Assembly (NCBI GenBank): GCA_016183025.1
Contig: JACPFL010000109.1
Location: 1-55,339, forward strand
DNA: 55,339 nucleotides
Origin: Deltaproteobacteria bacterium
Lineage (GTDB): Bacteria > Desulfobacterota > JACPFL01
Reading direction: 5' to 3'
Of this stretch, positions 34,388 through 43,402 are shown piece by piece. Within the stretch, counting starts at the first letter, position 1; each line of letters opens with the position of its first letter. The position numbers and the translations under genes are program-made. Under the pieces are notes generated by a model that saw only the letters and a program-made list of their open reading frames with translations, was not told where the DNA came from and searched no databases.

Positions 34388-35295
34388 CGCTCCGCTACGC
34401 GCCTGAGCCCCTCCTTCAGCGGCACCTCTGCCCGCCACCCGAGGACCTCACGGGCTCTCCGGCAATCGGCTGTCACGCGAGCCGCCTCGCCCTGACGGGC
34501 GTCTCCATGCGCGTGCGTCGGGGGGGCCCCGCACAGCTCGACCAGGTCGGTCAGCACGTCGCGGACCCTCGTGGGCACCCCACTGCCGATGTTGAAGACC
34601 TCAAACGGGTCATCGCCCCGCCCGGGCCCCAGCAGCCGGCAGAAACTCGCCGCCCTGATGAACGCCTCGACCACGTCATCCACGTAGACGAAGTCACGAA
34701 CCGCGTCGGGCATCCTGAGCCGGATCGGTTCCTGCCGCACCACGCACTCCAGGATGTACGGGACGAGGTAGGCCGGCTCCTGCCCGGGCCCGTAGACGTT
34801 GAACAGGCGCAGGACCACGGAGGGCACGCCCGAGCTGCGAGACGCCTGCCGGCACAGGTTCTCCCCCAGCCACTTGCTGATCCCGTAGGGTGAGGTCGGC
34901 CCGACCGGGGCATCCTCGGACAGCGCCCTGCCCTCGCCGCTTCCCGAGTACACGCCGCTCGTCGAGGCCATGATGCAGCACGCGTGCATCCTCCGGCAGT
35001 ACTCCAGGACGGCGCAGGTCCCGGTCACGTTGATGTCATAGCTCTCGTGCGGCGCCTCTGCGAACCGCTCGTGCCGCGTCACAGCCGCCAGATGGAAGAC
35101 CACCTCAGCCGGCGTCGCGCACTCCGCCACCCTCCGGATATCCGATCCCCACTCCAGCACATCGAGCCCCTCCCTCTTCAACCGGGCCACCAGGTGTCGC
35201 CCGATGAAGCCCCGGGGCCCCGTCACGAGCGGCCGCCGGAACGATGCGCCGGGCGCGTCGCGGGTCGGGGGGGCAGGTGTCGTCAAGGCCGTCAC
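34360..35295 (-). CDS. NAD-dependent epimerase/dehydratase (extended SDR), 311 aa
   Basis: GTG start in a GTGA overlap with the upstream stop. 'VTGPRGFIGRHL' Rossmann motif and the 'SPYGISKWLGE' YxxxK catalytic motif. Confidence 0.8.
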   Translation of the reverse strand: MTALTTPAPPTRDAPGASFRRPLVTGPRGFIGRHLVARLKREGLDVLEWGSDIRRVAECATPAEVVFHLAAVTRHERFAEAPHESYDINVTGTCAVLEYCRRMHACCIMASTSGVYSGSGEGRALSEDAPVGPTSPYGISKWLGENLCRQASRSSGVPSVVLRLFNVYGPGQEPAYLVPYILECVVRQEPIRLRMPDAVRDFVYVDDVVEAFIRAASFCRLLGPGRGDDPFEVFNIGSGVPTRVRDVLTDLVELCGAPPTHAHGDARQGEAARVTADCRRAREVLGWRAEVPLKEGLRRVAERYLAGETSR

Positions 35296-36278
35296 AGCCC
35301 GAGGCGACACAGCGCAGAGGCGGGATCCATGAACTCCTTGATGAACCGGCCGTACCAGTCGATCGTGATCTCGAGGCCCCTCTCGAAGCCCACGCGCGGC
35401 CGCCATCCGAGCAGGCGTTGGGCCTTCTCGTTCGCGGCGCACATCCGCCAGATCTCCGTCGGGCGGTACGGCAGCGCGCCGATCCGGACCCGGGACGACG
35501 ACCTGGTCATCCCGTGGATCACCCCGATCAGGTCGCGGATCGCGATCTCCCTGCCGGACCCCACATTGACCACCTCGCCGACCGCCTCGTCGCGGCCCGC
35601 CGCGAGCACGAAGGCGTCCACCAGATCCTCCACGAAGCTGAAGTCGCGCGTCTGCTTCCCCTCCGTCGCCAGCACCTCCTGTCCCAGCAGGCAGTTGATG
35701 ATGATCTCCGCGACGACCGCCCGCGGGCTCTGATAGGGCCCGAAGGCATTGAACGGCCGGAGGACGACGATCGGCTTCCCCTCGACCGCCCATTTCATCC
35801 GCGCGTAGAGCTCGCCGGCATACTTGCCCACCGCGTAGGGCGAGACCGGGAACGGGGTGGCGCCCTCGTGGAAAGGGCCGGCCTCCTGGCGCCCGTAGAC
35901 CTCGGACGACGAGATGTAGATGAAGCGCTCGTAATCCCCGTACGCCTCCAGGACGTTCACCGACCCCTTCCCGTTCGAATCGATCGCCTCGGCCACGTGG
36001 AGAAAGCTGTCCCCGACGTGATTGTAGGCGGCGAAATGGTAGATGATCTCCGGCCTGATCGTCCGGAGCTGCGCCAGCGAATCCGGGTTCCGGATGTCGG
36101 CCTCCACCGGGATCAGCTGGCCCCACAGCCCCGCCAGGCGCACATTGTCGATGATGCTGTTGTACCGCGTGAGCACGTAGAGCGAGGCCCCCTCCCGCAC
36201 CAGCCTCCGGCAGAGGTGCGAGGCGATGAACCCGGGGCCCCCGGTCACCAGCACCTTCTTGTTACGGAGGTCCATCAC
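35292..36278 (-). CDS. NAD-dependent NDP-sugar dehydratase/epimerase (extended SDR), 328 aa
   Basis: 'VLVTGGPGFIASHL', 'YISSSEVYG' and 'SPYAVGKYAGE' (S/YxxxK). Confidence 0.85.
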   Translation of the reverse strand: MMDLRNKKVLVTGGPGFIASHLCRRLVREGASLYVLTRYNSIIDNVRLAGLWGQLIPVEADIRNPDSLAQLRTIRPEIIYHFAAYNHVGDSFLHVAEAIDSNGKGSVNVLEAYGDYERFIYISSSEVYGRQEAGPFHEGATPFPVSPYAVGKYAGELYARMKWAVEGKPIVVLRPFNAFGPYQSPRAVVAEIIINCLLGQEVLATEGKQTRDFSFVEDLVDAFVLAAGRDEAVGEVVNVGSGREIAIRDLIGVIHGMTRSSSRVRIGALPYRPTEIWRMCAANEKAQRLLGWRPRVGFERGLEITIDWYGRFIKEFMDPASALCRLGL

Positions 36279-36988
36279 GCGTCCGTCTCCCGGTGCGTGA
36301 AGAAGGCGATGAGCTCGCGTTCGGCCTGCCGGTACTCCTGCTGGGTGTTGAACGTGATCTGCACCCCGCGATGCGGATGCACCCGCACGCGTCCCTCCTC
36401 GATCAGCCGCCCGAGCAGCCTGACGAGGCCTTCCCCGTCAGGCATCCGGAGCCACGCGGGCTCCACGTCGTCCAGCGCGGCGGCCTCGAGCAGCATCTGC
36501 CCGATGTAGTACGTCAGCACCGGCTTCTCCTCGAACGACCGGGCCCAGCCGGCCTCGTCCGCGGTCACCAGGCCGAACGGGCTCCGGATGTCGCCCGTGG
36601 TGATGGTCACCGCGGCCCCATGCCGTTCGTGCTCGGCCACCATCTGGTCCAGGTCCACCGACACAAGCGTATCGCCGTAGACGACGAAGGCGGTCTTCCC
36701 CATCATGGGCCGGGCATGACACAGGCGCTCCAGGATGCTCGCCTGCTCCCCGGCGTCGGCGAACTCGACTTCTGCATCGAACGAGCCGCGCGAGACGAAG
36801 TCCCTGATCAGGTCGCCCCGGTACCCGAGGCACAGGACGAAGCGGCGGTACCCTCTCGAGATGTAGTACTCGAGGTTGTGCTGGAGGATGGGCTTGCCGT
36901 TCAGGGGCACGAGCGGTTTGGGCACCGTGTCCGTCAGCGGCCTGAGCCGCGACCCCCGTCCGCCGCAGAGGATGATGGTCTTGATCAT
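36275..36988 (-). CDS. Sugar-1-phosphate nucleotidyltransferase (237 aa)
   Basis: ATG in an ATGA overlap with the GT2 stop. 'IILCGGRGSRLRPLTDTVPKPLVPLNGKPIL' is the NTP_transferase signature. Confidence 0.85.
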   Translation of the reverse strand: MIKTIILCGGRGSRLRPLTDTVPKPLVPLNGKPILQHNLEYYISRGYRRFVLCLGYRGDLIRDFVSRGSFDAEVEFADAGEQASILERLCHARPMMGKTAFVVYGDTLVSVDLDQMVAEHERHGAAVTITTGDIRSPFGLVTADEAGWARSFEEKPVLTYYIGQMLLEAAALDDVEPAWLRMPDGEGLVRLLGRLIEEGRVRVHPHRGVQITFNTQQEYRQAERELIAFFTHRETDA

Positions 36989-37974
36989 CCGGTGGAGGAC
37001 TCCCCTGTCGTCCGCTCGGTGCCGGCCGCCTCCCTCACGATGAATACCGGCCTGCCCTTCGTCTGGTCGTACAGGCGCCCCAGGTACTCCCCCAGCAGGC
37101 CGATCCCGATCAACTGGATGCTGCCGAGGAACATCCCGGAGGCCACCAGGGTGACCCAGCCTGCCGGCAGGTCCACCTTCGAGCCGAACAGCCGCATCAC
37201 CCCCAACGCCACCACGAAGGCCACATACGCGAGGGAGACCGAGGCGACGATCACCCCGGTGGCGAACAGGATGCGCAGCGGGACGATGGAGAACGCCAGG
37301 ATGCCGTCCCACGCGAAAGACACGAGCTCCCTGTAGCCGAACTTCGACCGTCCCGCGCGGCGCGGCGCGACGTCATAGGCGAGGCCGACCTGGCGGAATC
37401 CCACCCAATCCACCAGCCCGCGGAGAAACTTCCGGTATTCCGGGATGGCCACGATGACGTCCGCCACCTTGCGGTCCAGGAGGCGGAAATCCGACTGCCC
37501 GAACGAGAGCTTCAGCCCCGAGAGCTTCGACATCAGCCAGTAGAAGAGCCTCATCTGTTGGAGCTTCAGGCCGCTCAGCTGCGCGCTCCGCTTGATCGTG
37601 TAGACCACCTCGTAGCCCTGGCGCCAGAGGGCGATCATCTCCGGAATCAGGGAGGGCGGATGCTGGAGGTCGGCGTCCATCGTGATCACGGCCTCCCCGC
37701 GGGTGTAGCTCAGGCCGGCCAGGATCCCGCCCTGATAGCCGAAATTGCGCGAGAGCGACACGAACTTGACACACGGGTCCGTGTCCCTCAGGCGCTTGAT
37801 GATCTCGAGCGAGCGATCGTTGCTCCCGTTGTCCACGAACAGCATCTCGTACGAGGCCCCGGCCTTCTGACAGGCCTCCCGCACCTGCTCGTACAGCGTC
37901 TCCAGGTTCCCCTCCTCGTTCCAGACCGGAAACACGACGGAGACCTCCGGAACCCCTGCCGCAGCCATCGTCAC
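36985..37974 (-). CDS. Family-2 polyprenyl-phosphate glycosyltransferase (GtrB/CsbB/ArnC-like), 329 aa with two C-terminal TM helices
   Basis: 'VSVVFPVWNEEGNL...LFVDNGSNDRS...ITMDADLQHPP' gives the DxD/DAD motifs. The C-terminal hydrophobic segments are 'ILFATGVIVASVSLAYVAFVVALGV' and 'WVTLVASGMFLGSIQLIGIGLLGEY'. Confidence 0.88.
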   Translation of the reverse strand: MTMAAAGVPEVSVVFPVWNEEGNLETLYEQVREACQKAGASYEMLFVDNGSNDRSLEIIKRLRDTDPCVKFVSLSRNFGYQGGILAGLSYTRGEAVITMDADLQHPPSLIPEMIALWRQGYEVVYTIKRSAQLSGLKLQQMRLFYWLMSKLSGLKLSFGQSDFRLLDRKVADVIVAIPEYRKFLRGLVDWVGFRQVGLAYDVAPRRAGRSKFGYRELVSFAWDGILAFSIVPLRILFATGVIVASVSLAYVAFVVALGVMRLFGSKVDLPAGWVTLVASGMFLGSIQLIGIGLLGEYLGRLYDQTKGRPVFIVREAAGTERTTGESSTG

Positions 37975-40564
37975 TCCGTCCCCACCTGCGGGGCCACGGG
38001 CTTCCGGCGAGCACGGAGACAGGCCACGGCGACGCCCGCGACCAGCACGAGTCCGAGGCCGGACAGGACCAGTCCAACCCTGACGGCGGCCGGGGCGTAA
38101 AAGTAGACCACCGTGCTCTCCCCTTCGGGGATGCGGACAGCCCGGAAAGCGTAGTTGGCGCGAAGGACCGGGACCTCACGACCATTGACGCGGGCCCGCC
38201 AGCCCGGATAGTGGGCATCGAGCAGCACCAGCCATCCGCCGACCGGAGTCCGTGCCCGGATCTCGACGCGCTCCGGCTCGTACCGGATGATCTCGGCTGT
38301 GCCGCCCGTCCTGCCGTTCGCGGTCGCGCTTCCGCCAGCCGCGACCGCGTCGCCCCCCCTTGCGCCGGTCGGGCCGGGCGGGAGGGCCGCGGGTGAGCCA
38401 CGCCGTCCACCCTCCGCTGAGGCGGCCTCGAGCAACACCGTTCGAGCAAGACCGTGGCGCGCAGGTCCACCTTGGGGTCCAGCACCGCCTCGAGCAACGC
38501 CGTGTCATCGGAGAAGACCTGCGCCCGCGGCACCACGAAGGCCCGGGGAAGCGGAGTGGGGACCTGGTAGAGGTTGACCTCACCCCGGTAGATCAGGCGG
38601 GCCTCGGGCAGGGGCGGCGGCTCATCCCCCGGCCGCGTGACGAGGTATCGAGCCTGAAAGAGCGCCGCTCCGCGGGGGGACCCTGGGCTCGTCACCGAGA
38701 TCCACGGGATGCCCACATAACGCTGCAGCCCCGGTCGACCCCAGAAGCCGAGGACCCCCATCAGCTCGACCGTGCGGCGTGGCAGAAATGAATTGTACCC
38801 GTTCACCGATTGCAGGCCATACGGGAGGAGCGTGTTCGGCGGGAAGGGGAGGTCGGGGTAGATGTCCCCGTAACGATCTATCGGCATCACGCGGAAGAGG
38901 TCCGTGTCGGCCTTGAGCCGCTGGACCGCCGGCGGGGTGGGGAACGGGGGAAGCCGGCGCGGGTCGACCATGGGGTTCCAGTGCACGGCGAAGAGCATGA
39001 GGTCGCCGAGCGCCAGGAACAGGACCGCCGGGGCGAAGGCGCCTTCCCGCAGGGTGGATCCGGCTCGCAGCCGCAGCAGGAGCAGGCTCCCGAGGAGCAG
39101 CGCCGCGGCGAGGGCCAGTTGCTGGACCTCGTACCCGAAGAAGGCCCGGAACTTGCCGTGAATGTCGCCCGTGACGACCACGGGCCTCGTCCTCTCGACC
39201 AGCTTCAGGGCAAGTCCAAAGAAGAGGTCCTGGAGGAGGTAGCCTCCGCCCAATCCGATCGCGAGGATGGCCGCCAGTGCCCCGAGTCGGGCCCACGAGA
39301 GCCTGCGCGCCACCGCTTGCCGGAACTCCTCGCGCCGGAGCCGCGCCTCCAGCTCGGTCGCGCCGATCCCCGCCAGGATGCTCAAGGGGAGGGGGAACAG
39401 GTTGATCATGCGGGAGAGGAATCGGAGCTGCGCGAGAGGGGGGAAGACCTGATAGAAGAGCCAGATCAGCGGGGTCCTCAGCGCCAGCAGCGCGACGAGG
39501 AGGAGAAGGACCAACATCCCGCGGGTCGGCCAGACCTTCCGCCACCGGGCCGCCCCCACCGCGAGCAGCAGCGGCGCGATCCCGATATAGATCAGCAGGC
39601 CGAAGTGGGTGCCGGGCCCCACCCAATTGTGGTCGACGGGTGACCCGAAGATGCGGGGGGAGACGAGGGTGGCGACGGCGAGCGGCGACATGAACTGCAG
39701 GTCCTCGAAGGTGCGTGTCGCCCGGTGGCTCTCGGCCCGGACCTCCAGGAGGGGGACCCACTGGGCGGCGCTCAGCAGGAGGGCCAGCCCGGCCGCCAGC
39801 AGGAGGCCACCGGCGACCGACGCCGGGGTCGCTTCACCCCGCAGGCCGCGGAGCCACCAGAAGGCCCGCAGGACCACGTACAGGCTCGTCAGCAGCAAGT
39901 GGAACAGGATCGTCTCCGCGTACCCGACGAGGACCTGCAGCCCGAGCGCGCAGCCCAGGCCGATGACCGCCCCCGGCCGGGCCCTCTGGAAGATCTGCTC
40001 GATGAAGTACCACGCCAGGGGGGACCAGACCATCACGTGGAGGGTGGGCGTATAGTGCCACAGCACCGTCGTGGCCGACAGCCCGTAGACGATCCCCCCG
40101 AGCGTCGCGCCGAACCCCGAACAGCCGAGCCGTCGGAGCAGCAGGTGCATGAAGGCCATCGCCAGGAACAGGTGGAGCCCGAGGTCGAGGGTGCGGGCGA
40201 GGGACCAGTTGCCCAGCAGGTACAGGATGTTCAACGGGTAGAACGCGCCCGAGAGCCCCGCTCCGGCCTCCGGCGTGCCGGCCACGATCAGGGGATTCCA
40301 CAGGGGAGGGGTCCCGTCCCGCCAGCGCTCGAAGGCATAGTTCGTCAGGGGGATGAATTGCCGGATCGGATCGCTCATCGCCGGGTGCTGGGCCCGGACG
40401 CCGGGCTTCAGTGCCTTCCACGGGAAGAACTGCTCGTAGAGGAGATCTGCCGGGGCCGGGATTCGGCCGAGGAAGGCCGGCGCGAGCAGGAGCAGCACGG
40501 CCAGCAGCAGGAAGCCCGGGCCCCTCAGGCAGCGCCGGCGCAGGAATGTGGAACCACCACGCAT
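37971..40564 (-). pseudogene. yfhO: Second YfhO-family gene, split by a 14-nt tandem duplication
   Basis: The N-terminal 703 codons (ATG 40564) align residue-for-residue with yfhO-1 up to 'ATVLLE'. The C-terminal 155 aa continue in another frame (track ORF 37971-38438), ending in an ATGA overlap with the GT2 start. Length minus 14 nt is divisible by 3. Confidence 0.8.
38428..38455 (-). repeat. 14-nt tandem direct duplication (one mismatch) causing the yfhO-2 frameshift
   Basis: Minus strand reads ACGGTCTTGCTCGA ACGGTGTTGCTCGA. Both copies encode T-V-L-L-E. Removing either copy restores 'ATVLLEAASAEGG', collinear with 'TTVLLEAGPTAGE' of yfhO-1. Confidence 0.9.
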
Positions 40565-40680
40565 TCGATTAAAATCCCTGCCATCTCCGCCATTGTCAAG
40601 AACGAATCGGCTCTCTTCCGGACTCGGAGGCCGTTCCTGGTCCGGATCCCCACGGCACGATACGCGACCTTCCCGCCGGA

Positions 40681-40709
40681 CTGTCATTCGTTCTCCCCGG
40701 TATGATAAT
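40681..40709 (+). promoter_or_regulatory. Candidate promoter CTGTCA-17-GATAAT for the plus-strand GT2 gene
   Basis: The AT-rich TATGATAAT lies in a high-GC context, about 130 nt upstream of the GTG at 40842. Confidence 0.35.
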
Positions 40710-40841
40710 CTCTTGATCCACCGTGGGGTCGACCCCCTGAGGGGCGCTGCCTTCCGGCTCGAGGAGACCCGTGGCGGCCCATGTGATCGAAGTCGACATC
40801 GGTCGAGGAGTTCATCCCGGCGCCTCCGCCATGGAACAGCC

Positions 40842-41564
40842 GTGACCGCGTTCTTATCCGTCGTGGTTCCAGCGTATAACGAGGCGTGCATCCTCGGAAG
40901 CACGATCCCGACGATCTCGAAGTACCTCAAGGCCGAGCAAATCGATTACGAATATGTCTTTGTCGACGACGGCAGCACGGATGGCACGGCAGACGTGCTC
41001 ATGAAGCTGACCTCCGGACAGCCTTCCACCCTGCTCAGGAATGACCGGAACATGGGGAAGGGATTCTCGGTCCAGCGAGGGATGCTGCACGCGAGCGGGG
41101 AATACGTCCTGTTCACCGATGCCGACCTCTCCACCCCGATCGAGATGGCCTCCGAGCTGCTCCGCTGGGCCCAGCAAGGCTACGATGTGGTCATCGGGTC
41201 GAGGCGGCTGCCCACTTCGAAGACCGTCGTGCACCAGCCGCGGTACCGCGAGCTTCTCGGGGAGGTCTTCTACTGGCTGGTCAGGGTGTTCATCCTTCCC
41301 CAGATCAGGGATACCAACTGCGGGTTCAAGCTGTTCCGGAGGGACGTGGCCCGAGCGGTCTTCCGTCGGCAGACACTCAGGCGGTGGGGCTTCGATGTCG
41401 AGACATTATTCATCGCCACCAAGCTCGGGCTCTCGATCCGTGAGGTTCCGGTGAGCTGGTACAACGTGCGGGATACAAAAGTCCGACTCATCCAGGCGAC
41501 GCTTGAGACCTTGGGCGAGCTCGCGCGGATCAAGCTCAACGACTGGAAGGGGCTGTATGAGTGA
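40842..41564 (+). CDS. Family-2 glycosyltransferase, dolichyl/polyprenyl-phosphate beta-glucosyltransferase-like (240 aa, no TM tail)
   Basis: GTG start. 'LSVVVPAYNEA...VFVDDGSTDGT...LFTDADLSTP...DTNCGFKLFRR' gives the GT2 motifs. The start choice is uncertain. Confidence 0.8.
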   Translation: MTAFLSVVVPAYNEACILGSTIPTISKYLKAEQIDYEYVFVDDGSTDGTADVLMKLTSGQPSTLLRNDRNMGKGFSVQRGMLHASGEYVLFTDADLSTPIEMASELLRWAQQGYDVVIGSRRLPTSKTVVHQPRYRELLGEVFYWLVRVFILPQIRDTNCGFKLFRRDVARAVFRRQTLRRWGFDVETLFIATKLGLSIREVPVSWYNVRDTKVRLIQATLETLGELARIKLNDWKGLYE

Positions 41565-41596
41565 CCTCCTCGATTTATCCGGGCCGACCCGTGGAT

Positions 41597-42706
41597 TCAT
41601 GACTCCCGGGGGAGATCAACGGGTTCAGCCGAGCAGAGCACTCGCAGGGCTGCAGGATCGGACGGCAGCCCCAGATCGGCGATGTGGTGACCGGTCACCA
41701 GAAACGGTTCCCCGCAGAGCACTGACCCCAGGTGGATGAACGCTCGGGCCACGGGCATCGCCACGTCGAGGAGCCCGCCCAGCTCGACGAGCGGCACCAG
41801 GCAGTCCCGGACGTTCTCCAGCAGGTAGCGGTGCCGCACCTCGGTAGGCCCCTTGAGCCGAGCGAAGCTCTCCAGGCCTGATCCCTGGAACTCCACCCCC
41901 TCCAGGCTGAGCGGCGGGCCGAACTCCGCCTCCGCGTACTGCGGGAGGGCAAAGCCCAGGGCGGCCGCCAGGCGTTCAAGCTCACCGTGCAGGGCCCGGA
42001 TCACGCGGCTGACCGCAGGAGTGATCCCCTCGCGGAAGATGTAGAACTCCCCTCCGGTGAACTCGATCCGGCCGACGTTCAGCAGGGTCCCAGCCGCGTA
42101 GACCGTCACTGCGGGATTGCTGAGGGCCGCGGCCAGGGCATGCGGGACGGCCTGCATCCCAGGAAAGAGCGGCCGGAGACGGCCGAGGAGCAGCGCGGTG
42201 GCCTTGCCGGGCCATCCCCCGACGAACAGGCGCCGAGCGGTGAAGAAGATCTCCACGCGGGCCGGGCCGGTCAGCCGCGTGCCATAGGGCAGCGTGTTCG
42301 TCTCCCCGACGGTCATCTCGACCCCCGGCCTCGCCTGCCGCAGCCGGCTGGCCAGGCGGAGGGCACCGAGGCGGCCCGCCCAGACGACGACGGCCATCCC
42401 CTGGCGCAGCCGGGGCAGCAACGCGTCAAACAGGGCCTCATGCCCGGTGGTGGGGATGACGACGTGTATGAGCTCCACCCCTTCCAGCGCGGCCTCGAGG
42501 TCCGTGGTGGCCAGCTCCAGGGGCGCGGTGGCAGCCCGGCCGTCCCGGATGAACTCGATCGCGCCGCGCTCGAAGGTCGGCTGGAAGGCCCGGGCGAAGG
42601 CGGGGTGCTCGCACAGGCGCACGCGATGCCCGGCGAGGGCCAGCTCCGCGGCCATGGCATGGGCGCCGTTGCCGCCACCCAGGACGGCCAGGGGCGCCAC
42701 GCTCAT
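41597..42706 (-). CDS. NAD/NADP octopine/nopaline dehydrogenase-family protein (369 aa)
   Basis: Start at MSVAPLAV. 'LAVLGGGNGAHAMAAELALAGHRV' is an N-terminal Rossmann motif. Length and layout resemble the opine dehydrogenase family. Confidence 0.65.
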   Translation of the reverse strand: MSVAPLAVLGGGNGAHAMAAELALAGHRVRLCEHPAFARAFQPTFERGAIEFIRDGRAATAPLELATTDLEAALEGVELIHVVIPTTGHEALFDALLPRLRQGMAVVVWAGRLGALRLASRLRQARPGVEMTVGETNTLPYGTRLTGPARVEIFFTARRLFVGGWPGKATALLLGRLRPLFPGMQAVPHALAAALSNPAVTVYAAGTLLNVGRIEFTGGEFYIFREGITPAVSRVIRALHGELERLAAALGFALPQYAEAEFGPPLSLEGVEFQGSGLESFARLKGPTEVRHRYLLENVRDCLVPLVELGGLLDVAMPVARAFIHLGSVLCGEPFLVTGHHIADLGLPSDPAALRVLCSAEPVDLPRES

Positions 42707-42791
42707 CGGGGCCCGCCTTGTCGCCAGGAGCACCGATCTGCTAGACGATCTGCTATGGGGGGCGACAGGGCCATCGGAAAGGGGGACGGCT

Positions 42792-42959
42792 ATGCGCTAC
42801 AAGTTCAAGATCGAGTTCATCTGTGACCGGGAGATCACCCCGATGCACCTCGAGGAGGCCTTGGCCGAGCGGTACGTCACGGAGTTCATCGAGTCGGCCG
42901 AGTCCACCGTGGGCCAGTATACGATGCTCCTGACGCTCAAGGACGAGGCGGAGCGCTGA
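42792..42959 (+). CDS. Small hypothetical protein (55 aa)
   Basis: ATG with a GGGGGA-rich site upstream. Non-shadow composition ('MRYKFKIEFICDREITPMHLEEALAERYVTEF'). Confidence 0.4.
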   Translation: MRYKFKIEFICDREITPMHLEEALAERYVTEFIESAESTVGQYTMLLTLKDEAER

Positions 42960-42981
42960 TCGACCCGTCCCGGCCAGCTGC

Positions 42982-43149
42982 TCAGCGACCCATCGAGAGC
43001 CAGCTCAGCAGCGCGAGGAGCAGGAGCAGGAGGACGAACCCGGCCAGCAGGTGGCCGCTCCCCCGCCGGCGGGCCTCGGGGGTAAGCCGCTCCTCGTCGG
43101 GCGGCCCACCCGCCTGCGCCGTGCCCGGATCCCTACCCTCGATCCCCAT
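42982..43149 (-). CDS. Small C-terminally anchored membrane protein (55 aa)
   Basis: ATG at 43149 after GAGGG. A charged N-terminal half is followed by 'LLAGFVLLLLLLALLSWL'. It lies directly downstream of the zinc-ribbon gene. Confidence 0.35.
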   Translation of the reverse strand: MGIEGRDPGTAQAGGPPDEERLTPEARRRGSGHLLAGFVLLLLLLALLSWLSMGR

Positions 43150-43186
43150 CCGGCCCTCACGTCTCGACCCATCAGGCCGGGCAGCG

Positions 43187-43387
43187 CTACTTGTCCCGGA
43201 GGACGTCGCGTCCTGTCCGGTCAAACACATGCACCCCGGCGAACCGGTCCCGGGTGCGAAACCGGGGGAGGGCGCGTTCCACCGGGCCGCCGCAGACCTG
43301 ACAGCGCTCCACCGGCGCCTCTCCGGCCTTCTGGATCACTTCAAAGGTATGCCCCTGTTCCCTGCAGCGATACTCGTAGAGCGGCAT
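43187..43387 (-). CDS. FmdB-family zinc-ribbon protein (66 aa), first CxxC degenerate
   Basis: The 'MPLYEYRC' start is typical of the family and the second pair 'CQVC' is present. The first pair reads C-R-E-Q instead of CxxC. Confidence 0.75.
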   Translation of the reverse strand: MPLYEYRCREQGHTFEVIQKAGEAPVERCQVCGGPVERALPRFRTRDRFAGVHVFDRTGRDVLRDK

Positions 43388-43402
43388 CGCCCTCCCCCCG
43401 CG

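Noticed and set aside
37373-37970. The tail of the 1185-aa track ORF beyond the yfhO-2 frameshift, considered as a possible fusion protein.
   Set aside because: After 'ATVLLE' the translation becomes Arg/Pro/Ser-rich nonsense and overlaps the GT2 gene in another frame. The authentic C-terminus is in the frame of ORF 37971-38438.
34387-37971. The two inverted yfhO paralogs, considered as the arms of an invertible DNA segment.
   Set aside because: The similarity is mainly at the protein level, with many nucleotide differences visible in aligned stretches. No recombinase gene or short perfect inverted repeats are seen at the junctions.
40565-40599. TTGACA box plus ATTTTAAT immediately upstream of the yfhO-2 ATG, considered as another leaderless promoter.
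   Set aside because: The best -10 (TTTAAT) would need a 20-nt spacer and would start transcription inside the ATG. The geometry does not fit, so no call was made.
40596-40799. 67-aa minus-strand ORF in the yfhO-2 / GT2 divergent intergenic region.
   Set aside because: It has no ribosome-binding site and lies upstream of, and on the same strand as, the yfhO-2 start. Its composition is unremarkable, and the region is better explained as promoter DNA.
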